Origin: Azolla caroliniana
Taxonomy: Eukaryota > Plantae > Polypodiophyta
Assembly: GCA_043228905.1 (NCBI GenBank)
Contig: JBHGNT010000868.1
Coordinates: forward strand, 1 to 14,428
Direction: 5' to 3'
DNA: 14,428 nt
Part shown: piece after piece, positions 8,166-14,428 of the stretch
How the letters are laid out: each line of letters opens with the position of its first letter
Numbering within the stretch: position 1 is the first letter of the stretch
The notes under the pieces: generated by a model
Databases searched by the model: none
What the model was told of the DNA's origin: nothing
What the model saw: only the letters and a program-made list of their open reading frames with translations
Translations under genes and position numbers: made by a program

Positions 8166-8756
8166 TTGATGTGCACACTGCTGGATAGCTGGGAGAACTT
8201 GGTGGTTACTCTCAGCACCTCTTGTCAAGAACAGAACTTGTATTTACAAGCGGTGAAGACAAGCATCTTGAATGAAGAAGTGAGAAGGAAGGACAAGGGT
8301 TTTCTAGTCCAGTCGGACTCGAATTTGACTCAATACATCAGCAGAGGAAGGAACCGACAAAGGAGTCCACCAAGGAGAGAAAAGTCTCAAGCCAGGTCGA
8401 AGTCCAGTGGAAAGCTCGTGTGCTTTTATTGTGCAAATCTTGGACATTTCCAGAAGGATTTCCAACACCTTAAAAAGGAAAAGAGTGTTGGTAATAATGC
8501 CAAATCCAGAAAGATTTCTAAAGAAAAGAACACTTCAGCCATTGGTATGAGCAATGAAGAACTTCTGTTCATTTGTGAACAGACAAGTGCAAACCTTGCA
8601 AGCGAAGAATGCACTTGGGTGATCAACTCCGGTGCATCCTTCCACAACTCCGTCGAGAGAGTATTTCTCAACTTACATAGCCGGTGATCATGGTTATGTA
8701 AAGTTGGGTGACAGTGGAGAGTGCAAGATAGTTGGAATCGGAAGTGTCTGCATGAC
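8166..8756 (+). pseudogene. gag-pol: Host copia gag C-terminus, zinc knuckle and protease (left part)
   Basis: LMCTLLDSWENLVVTLS...CFYCANLGHFQKDF...WVINSGASFH (catalytic D reads N), frameshift near 8647, then TPSREYFSTYIAGDHGYVKLGDSGECKIVGIGSVCM. Colinear with the intact element's Gag-PR. Confidence 0.93.
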
Positions 8757-9485
8757 TAACGGGAACCCAACGTTCCTTATGCGCGACGCTCGGCCACAAC
8801 CGAGCTTAGAATGATACACAGAAAACGGGAAATAAAACTCGACAAGAAGAAGAAGAGAATACACAGGAGGTTTAAGGTGGAAAAACCCCAAACTAAGGGA
8901 AAAACCACGGCATCCCACAGGCTGCAAACTGTCACTATGTAGGAATATACAGTAGTGAGTTCACTGAGGCACCGACCTCGTGCTCACAAATCTTTGCCAC
9001 AGGCGGCAGTTACAACAGAGGCAACGACCTCTTTCTCTCTCTCTCTCTCTCTGTACAGTTACGCACACTAATCTCGTGTAAAACAGAAAATGACAACAAC
9101 TACAAAAGTTTGCCCTAAGTCATATTTATACTAATATGACTTTTCGGCTATTTACAAATGTAGCCTCGATGGGCTCTCAGAAACATATTTACGAATATGT
9201 CTCTTCCTCCGGTTCGCACCAGGTCTGCGTCATCCGGCTCTCTGTAGCCGGGTGCTCCTCATCCGGTTCTCATTGGTTCTGCACCATCTGGCTCTCTGTA
9301 GCCGGGTACTCCTCATTCGGTTCACACCGGGCCTGCACCATCCGGCTCTCCATAGCCGGGTACTCCTCATCCGGTTCACACCGGGCCTGCACCATCCAGC
9401 TCTCCGTAGCCCGGTGCTCCTCATCCGGTTTCGGCCTCGGCCCTGTTCTTCTCCCTTCCCATTCGGAGGGACCTGTATCCCAACA
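8757..9485 (-). repeat. 3' LTR (729 bp)
   Basis: Direct repeat of 13572-14354. Minus strand runs TGTTGG...CCCGTTA, with the terminal CA mutated to TA. Confidence 0.97.
9231..9430. repeat. 54-bp tandem repeats in 3' LTR U3 (about 3.7 copies)
   Basis: Unit CATCCGGCTCTCCGTAGCCGGGTACTCCTCATCCGGTTCACACCGGGCCTGCAC. Confidence 0.92.
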
Positions 9486-9487
9486 AA

Positions 9488-9497
9488 CTCCCCCTTC
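9488..9497 (-). other. Polypurine tract
   Basis: Minus strand TGAAGGGGGAG-TT-TGTTGG. It overlaps the pol stop codon and lies 2 nt from the 3' LTR. Confidence 0.92.
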
Positions 9498-10308
9498 ACT
9501 CCGGCATGGGGTGTCTTACCAGTCCGATCCTCTTCCAGCATGCGTCCAGCTTGTCGGGTGTCAGCACTTTGGTCAGCATATCTGACCCATTCTCGGCCGT
9601 GTGGATCTTCGTCAGTGCGAACTCCTGGTCATCTACTCTTTCCCGGATCCAGTGATACCTCCGCTGGATATGCTTCGTCCGGGAATGGTAGGCCGCATTC
9701 TTAGCAAGGTGGATGGCACTTTGACTGTCGCAATAGAGTCGGTATTCCTCTTGCCGTTTACCGAGCTCTCCTATGAAGTCCTTCATCCATAAAATTTCCT
9801 TGCCGGCTTCCACAACCGCCATGTACTCCGCCTCTGTGGTTGACAATGCAACCGTCTTCTGCAGCCTCGACTGCCACGAAACAGCTCCCCTTGCATATGT
9901 CATTACATACCCGGATGTAGACCGGCTGGTATCCACATCAGCCGACATGTCCGAATCGGTGAAACCGTCCAGTTGAGGTTTTCCGGAGTCGAATCGGAGA
10001 CACATATTTGAAGTGCCCTTCAAATACCGGAGTATCCATTTGAGCGCGTTCCAGTGCTCCTTGCCGGGATTACTCATGAACAGGCTCACCACTCCGACTG
10101 CGTATCCTATATCCGGTCGAGTACAAACCATTGCATACATCAAGCTCCCGACGACAGAGGCATATGGAACCTTCATCATATCCGCCTTCTCTGCTTTCGT
10201 CTTCGGGCTCTGCTTATCGGATAGCCTGCAGTTTGCCGGAAGTGTCGATCCGACCGGTTTCGCTTCTGACATGTTGAACCAGTGAAGCACCTTTGTCACA
10301 TACTTCTC
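9496..10308 (-). CDS. pol: RT C-terminus and RNase H segment of gag-pol
   Basis: VGSLMYAMVCTRPDI, GFTDSDMSAD, STTEAEY, YCDSQSAI, TKHIQRRYHWIR, SDMLTK. Confidence 0.92.
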   Translation of the reverse strand, partial: EKYVTKVLHWFNMSEAKPVGSTLPANCRLSDKQSPKTKAEKADMMKVPYASVVGSLMYAMVCTRPDIGYAVGVVSLFMSNPGKEHWNALKWILRYLKGTSNMCLRFDSGKPQLDGFTDSDMSADVDTSRSTSGYVMTYARGAVSWQSRLQKTVALSTTEAEYMAVVEAGKEILWMKDFIGELGKRQEEYRLYCDSQSAIHLAKNAAYHSRTKHIQRRYHWIRERVDDQEFALTKIHTAENGSDMLTKVLTPDKLDACWKRIGLVRHPMPE

Positions 10309-12009
10309 CTATGACAGCCATAATTTCTTCTTTGACCGGTCCCGAATGATATGCATCCCCAACATCTGTCTTGCCGGAGCCAAGTCTTTCATTGAGAAGG
10401 TCCGGTTGAGAGCCTTCTTCAACATCCATATTTTGACTTGGTCACGTCCGACGATCAACATGTCATCCACGTACAGAAGGAGTATCGGGAAGTCTCCTCC
10501 TTCGAACTTCTTCACAAACACGCAGTGATCGGCCTGCGTCTTGTGGTACCCTTGATCGGTCATGAAGGAGTCAAACTTCCGGTACCATTGTCGGGGAGCC
10601 TGCTTCAGTCCGTACAAGCTCTTCTTCAACCGGCATACTAGGTGCTCCTTCCCTTTCTCCACGAAACCTTCCGGTTGCTGCATGTAGATCTCCTCTTCGA
10701 GGTCGCCGTGAAGGAATGCCGTCTTCACGTCCAGCTGCTCTACCTCGAGGTCCATGCTTGCTGCTATACTCAGCACCGTCCGGATGGAGGTCATCTTCAC
10801 TACCGGGGCAAATATCTCGTCGAAGTCCACGCCCTTCTTCTGCTGGAACCCCTTCACGACGATCCTGACTTTGTATCTCGGGGGGTTGCCGGCATCTCCC
10901 GGTTTCAACTTGTACACCCACTTGTTTCGGAGTGCCAACTTTCCTTTCGACAACTCCACCAATTTGTAAGTATGGTTCTCATGCAGGGAATCCATCTCGT
11001 CCTGCATGGCACTTAACCATTTTCGGCTGTGGGTGTCATCCTTCGCTTCTTTGAAGCTTTCCGGCTCCCCCTCATCGGTCAGCAGAACATGCTCTGCATC
11101 CGGAAATCTCCGGGGGGCCCTTCTCTCTTTGAGAGGATATCTCCGTCTTTGGGCTTCGGTAGCCGGCTCCTCCATTTGCTCTTCATCTGAATCCGATTCG
11201 GGGTCTAGGCCGGTTCCGGTCTCAGCTTCCTCTACCTCTTCTTCTGCCGGTTCGGTATCCTCACCGTATCCGGCTAGTTCTTCGAGTGCTAACCGGACTC
11301 TTGCCGGTTGGGTCTGCTCATCGTAGAGTCGATCCTTACCGGTCGACTCGGAGTTCATTATCTTCTTCTCTGACTCCCAGTCGGTGAGCGTCTTGTCCTC
11401 CATGAAGATAATATCTCGACTCCGGAATACCTTCTTGTAGACCGGGTCCCACACTCGGTAGCCGGACTCATCGTCACCGTAACCGAGGAATATGCATGGC
11501 CGGGTTTTTGGATCTAACTTTCCTCTCCGGTCCTTTGCTACATGCAAGTACGCGAGACAACCAAACACCTTCAGATGCCGGTAGCACACTTCCTTACCGG
11601 TCCATACTCTTTGTGGCGTGTCTCTGTCCAAGGGTACTGAGGGTGATCTGTTTATCACGTATGTCGCCGTCGACAATGCCTCAGCCCAAAACTTCTTGGG
11701 TAGTTTTGCATGCGCTAGCATACTCCGGACCCTCTCCATTATGGTCCGGTTCATCTTCTCGGCTAATCCGTTTAGTTCCGGCGTCTTCGGCACGGTAAAT
11801 TCGAGCCGGATTCCCTTCGAGCGGCAGTACTCCTCGAACTGCCCCCGATATTCTCCTCCGTTATCTGCTCGAACCGCCTTCAGCTTCCGACCGGTTTCTC
11901 TTTCCACTCTCGCGTGGAGCTCTTTGAAGACGGATAACACCTGATCCTTCGTCTTCAACGGTGTGGCCCACAGCTTCCGGCTGTGGTCATCTATGAACGT
12001 CACGAAGTA
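10309..12009 (-). CDS. pol: Integrase core and reverse transcriptase segment of gag-pol
   Basis: TFIDDHSR, ADNGGEY, NGLAEKMNRT, QLDVKTAFLHG, LYGLKQAPRQW, LLLYVDDML. Confidence 0.92.
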   Translation of the reverse strand, partial: YFVTFIDDHSRKLWATPLKTKDQVLSVFKELHARVERETGRKLKAVRADNGGEYRGQFEEYCRSKGIRLEFTVPKTPELNGLAEKMNRTIMERVRSMLAHAKLPKKFWAEALSTATYVINRSPSVPLDRDTPQRVWTGKEVCYRHLKVFGCLAYLHVAKDRRGKLDPKTRPCIFLGYGDDESGYRVWDPVYKKVFRSRDIIFMEDKTLTDWESEKKIMNSESTGKDRLYDEQTQPARVRLALEELAGYGEDTEPAEEEVEEAETGTGLDPESDSDEEQMEEPATEAQRRRYPLKERRAPRRFPDAEHVLLTDEGEPESFKEAKDDTHSRKWLSAMQDEMDSLHENHTYKLVELSKGKLALRNKWVYKLKPGDAGNPPRYKVRIVVKGFQQKKGVDFDEIFAPVVKMTSIRTVLSIAASMDLEVEQLDVKTAFLHGDLEEEIYMQQPEGFVEKGKEHLVCRLKKSLYGLKQAPRQWYRKFDSFMTDQGYHKTQADHCVFVKKFEGGDFPILLLYVDDMLIVGRDQVKIWMLKKALNRTFSMKDLAPARQMLGMHIIRDRSKKKLWLS

Positions 12010-12498
12010 CTACGCTCTAGCGTGTGACTTCGTGTCTACTTGACACAGATCCGTATGCACCAACTCCAGTGGTGCATTATGTCTCTTCAGTGGCCTTGGT
12101 CGGAAGGAGGTCCGGTTTTGTTTACCGGCCAGACAATCAGTGCACTTCTCCAAGTGCACGTTCTTCACTGGAATGAGGTTGTCTTCTGCAAGCCTCTTCA
12201 TCCCCTTCTCGCTCATATGACACAGTCTCTTGTGCCACAGCTCACCGGCAGTGTCGGATGCCACGTTCACTTCTTCCGGACATAACCGGGCATTCATCAG
12301 GTACAATGTGTTGACCTTCCGGGCCCGAGCCACAATCAGGCTCCATTTGCTGAACTTCATGACACCGTTCCGGATGCTACCTGTGTAGCCTTCATCATCT
12401 AGCCGACCGACTGATATCAGGTTCAGACGAACTTCCGGAACGTGTCGGACATCCTTCAGTAGCAACTTGCATCCGGTTGGTGTTGTCAGCCACACGTC
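12010..12498 (-). CDS. pol: Protease C-terminal part and integrase HHCC segment of gag-pol
   Basis: LKDVRHVPEVRLNLISVG, LWHKRLCHMSEKGM...CTDCLAGKQ, LELVHTDL. Confidence 0.88.
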   Translation of the reverse strand, partial: DVWLTTPTGCKLLLKDVRHVPEVRLNLISVGRLDDEGYTGSIRNGVMKFSKWSLIVARARKVNTLYLMNARLCPEEVNVASDTAGELWHKRLCHMSEKGMKRLAEDNLIPVKNVHLEKCTDCLAGKQNRTSFRPRPLKRHNAPLELVHTDLCQVDTKSHARA

Positions 12499-13542
12499 TT
12501 ATATGCCGACAATTCGGCATGTTCCTTCATTCCCCATCCGGACATAGCTGTGATCACTGGTTGAGTAGGATGAGAAGCATTTCCGGTCCGGGGTAAGGTG
12601 GAACGACGCTCCGGAGTCTACCACCCAGGTCATCTCGTCGCCGGCAAGGTTTATCTCACTCTTCTCGGTGATGAGCATCAACTCTTCTTCACTTGCCGCG
12701 ATTGCCGTCGTTCCCTTCCGGTCCGTCTCCTTCCGGTCTTTACCATTCCGGTCCGGGGTCCGCCTCCAATCGGTACCGTCGGTTTCCTTGTCTTTACGGA
12801 AATGCCGACAGTTCTTTTGGAAGTGACCCGGCTTGCCGCAATAGAAGCAAGTGGGCTTCCCCCTTGACTTTGACCGTGTCGCCGACTTCTCCCGGTTCTG
12901 GGGACTACGGTTTCTATGTCTTCCGCGTTCCGATTCGGTAAGGAGCGCTTTGGAGTCGGAGCTCGTGTCTTTATCTTTCTGACGTGCCTCCTCATCTAGC
13001 AAGCTCGACTTTACTCTTGCTAGGGATAACCGTTTTCCTTCCGGCCCGGCGTTGCCCAAAGTGACAACCAACGTCTCCCAGCTATCCGGGAGGGAACCGA
13101 GCAGGAGTAGCGCTAGTACCTCATCGGTAAGAGGTACTTCCAATGAAGTTGCCTGGTGGATCAGCCCCTGGAAGGCATTCATGTGCTCCGCCATGCTGGA
13201 GCCATCTTGGTACCGGAGTCTAACTAGCTTCCGGAATACCGAAACCTGATTAACAACGTTTTTGTTCTGAAACATTATGCCGATCTTCTCCCAGAGCTCA
13301 TGAGCCTTGCTCTCTTCATTGAAGTTGTTGTATAGGCTCATGTCGATGAAGCACCGTATGTACGCCGTTGTCTTCATGTGCATCACCTCCCATATTGTGG
13401 CATCGATCTTGTCCGGTGTCTTGTCCCCGAACTGAACTGGTAGCCAAAGATCTTTAACCACGAGCATGTCTCTCATCTTCGACTTCCACACTGAATAGTT
13501 GGAGCCGGTGAGCTTGAACATGCCGCCAAACGATTCGTCCAT
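12499..13542 (-). CDS. gag: Gag (CCHC knuckle) and aspartic protease segment of gag-pol
   Basis: KLTGSNYSVWKSKM, LLLGSLPDSWETLV, CFYCGKPGHFQKNC, WVVDSGASFH. Confidence 0.9.
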   Translation of the reverse strand: MDESFGGMFKLTGSNYSVWKSKMRDMLVVKDLWLPVQFGDKTPDKIDATIWEVMHMKTTAYIRCFIDMSLYNNFNEESKAHELWEKIGIMFQNKNVVNQVSVFRKLVRLRYQDGSSMAEHMNAFQGLIHQATSLEVPLTDEVLALLLLGSLPDSWETLVVTLGNAGPEGKRLSLARVKSSLLDEEARQKDKDTSSDSKALLTESERGRHRNRSPQNREKSATRSKSRGKPTCFYCGKPGHFQKNCRHFRKDKETDGTDWRRTPDRNGKDRKETDRKGTTAIAASEEELMLITEKSEINLAGDEMTWVVDSGASFHLTPDRKCFSSYSTSDHSYVRMGNEGTCRIVGI

Positions 13543-13558
13543 TTTCTGTGTCGTTTTT

Positions 13559-13569
13559 CTCTGATACCA
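13559..13569 (-). other. Primer-binding site complementary to the initiator tRNA-Met 3' end
   Basis: Minus strand ...CCCGTCA-AG-TGGTATCAGAG. Confidence 0.95.
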
Positions 13570-13932
13570 CTTGACGGGAACCCAACGTTCCTTATGCGCG
13601 ACGCTCGGCCACAACCGAGCTTAGAATGATACACAGAAAACGGGAAATAAAACTCGACAAGAAGAAGAGGAGAATACACAGGAGGTTTAACGTGGAAAAA
13701 CCCCAAACTAAGGGAAAAACCACGGCATCCCACAGGCTACAAACTGTCACTATGTAGGAATATACAGTAGTGAGTTCACTGAGGCACCGACCTCGTGCTC
13801 ACAAATCTTCGCCATAGGCGGCGGTTACAACAGAGGCAACAACCTCTTTCTCTCTCTCTCGCTCTGTACAGTTACGCACACTAATCTCGTGCAAAACAGA
13901 AAATGACAACTACAAAAGTTTGCCCTAAGTCA

Positions 13933-13940
13933 TATTTATA
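13933..13940 (-). promoter_or_regulatory. LTR TATA box (copy at 9123-9130)
   Basis: TATAAATA on the element's sense strand, downstream of the U3 repeats and upstream of the (GA)n tract. Position is conserved in the host LTR. Confidence 0.75.
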
Positions 13941-14040
13941 CTAATATGACTTTTCGGCTATTTACAAATGTAGCCTCGATGGGCTCTCAGAAACATATTT
14001 ACGAATATGTCTCTTCCTCCGGTTCGCATCGGGTCTGCGT

Positions 14041-14240
14041 CATCCGGCTCTCCGTAGCCGGGTGCTCCTCATCCGGTTCTCACCGGTTCTGCACCATCCG
14101 GCTCTCCGTAGCCGGGTACTCCTCATCCGGTTCACACCGGGCCTGCACCATCCGGCTCTCCGTAGCCGGGTACTCCTCATCCGGTTTACACCGGGCTTGC
14201 ACCATCCAGCTCTCTGTAGCCGGGTGCTCCTCATCCGGTT
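14041..14240. repeat. 54-bp tandem repeats in 5' LTR U3
   Basis: Units start at 14041, 14095, 14149 and 14203. Confidence 0.93.
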
Positions 14241-14294
14241 TCGGCCTCCGCCTATCGGCCTCCGCCTATCGGCCTCCGCCTATCGGCCTCCGCC
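14241..14294. repeat. 14-bp tandem repeat TCGGCCTCCGCCTA x3.9, only in the 5' LTR
   Basis: Perfect copies at 14241, 14255, 14269 and a partial copy at 14283. Confidence 0.95.
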
Positions 14295-14354
14295 GAGATT
14301 GTTCGTTGGCACTGTTCTTCTCCCTTCCCATCCGGAGGGACCTGTCTCCCAACA

Positions 14355-14428
14355 ATGACAATGTCGACATGGTGTCGACTGACTTTGAAGGATGTTTGAC
14401 ATGTCCCCGATATCAGATTGAATCTGAT
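14355..14428 (+). pseudogene. pol: Host copia protease, continuation right of the nested insertion
   Basis: MTMSTWCRLTLKDV*HVPDIRLNL continues directly from ...IVGIGSVC at 8751. Compare LTTPTGCKLLLKDVRHVPEVRLNL. Confidence 0.93.

Larger units (their letters stand above)
9496..13542 (-). pseudogene. gag-pol: Gag-Pol polyprotein, single frame of 1349 codons with three premature stops and no frameshift
   Basis: ATG at 13542 (MDESFGG). Stops TAA 12499-12501, TAG 12010-12012 and TAG 10309-10311. The four ORF-track pieces share one frame. Confidence 0.95.
8757..14354 (-). mobile_element. Full-length Tnt1-like Ty1/copia LTR retrotransposon, 5598 bp
   Basis: Two direct LTRs, PBS, PPT, domain order GAG-PR-INT-RT-RH, and TSD ATGAC at 8752-8756 and 14355-14359. 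Confidence 0.98.
13572..14354 (-). repeat. 5' LTR (783 bp)
   Basis: TGTTGG...CCGTCA, followed by the PBS. Confidence 0.97.

Noticed and set aside
9029-9052. (CT)n microsatellite as an independent feature
   Set aside because: Ordinary internal part of the LTR, also present at about 13845-13865.
9136-9704. ORFs with repeated 18-aa peptides (also 5346-5639, 5912-6287, 14040-14358), possible env-like or extra genes
   Set aside because: By-product of a GC-rich 54-bp repeat (a multiple of 3) that is open in several frames on both strands.
10309-12501. Programmed stop read-through in gag-pol
   Set aside because: The stops fall inside conserved domains at positions normally Gly or Gln, not at a gag/pol boundary. 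They are point mutations.
9601-13249. Plus-strand ORFs antisense to gag-pol
   Set aside because: Shadow ORFs of GC-rich coding sequence with no recognisable motifs.
13543-13614. N-terminal extension of Gag suggested by the ORF track
   Set aside because: It starts at a non-ATG codon inside the LTR and crosses the PBS. ATG 13542 is the plausible start.

Overview
Eukaryotic, plant-type, transposon-saturated DNA with no intact host gene. The element mix suggests a non-seed plant such as a fern, which is inference. The right 5.6 kb is a structurally complete Tnt1-like Ty1/copia LTR retrotransposon on the minus strand (8757-14354). It has LTRs of 729 and 783 bp, a tRNA-iMet PBS, a PPT, TSD ATGAC and one 1349-codon gag-pol frame broken by three point stops. 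It is nested in antisense inside the protease region of an older related copia. The left part holds, in order: a copia integrase remnant; a spliced coiled-coil/RING-H2-like pseudogene (+); a 1.35-kb array built on the palindrome TAGCTAATTAGCTA; and a convergent DDD/E transposase pseudogene (-) whose motifs resemble Sola-type transposases. The transposase is split by a 1182-bp TG..CA insertion (TSD CACAA) containing a fold-back of LTR repeats. From 6.8 to 8.2 kb lies a patchwork of short fragments: an HSE-bearing LTR piece, a tRNA/SINE-like head, a chromovirus integrase-chromodomain end, a copia integrase tail and a DRE-rich LTR. The best candidate for something undescribed is the possible two-gene DNA transposon (transposase, RING gene, palindrome array). 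Its ends are not visible, so this is a hypothesis. All counts and alignments were done by eye.
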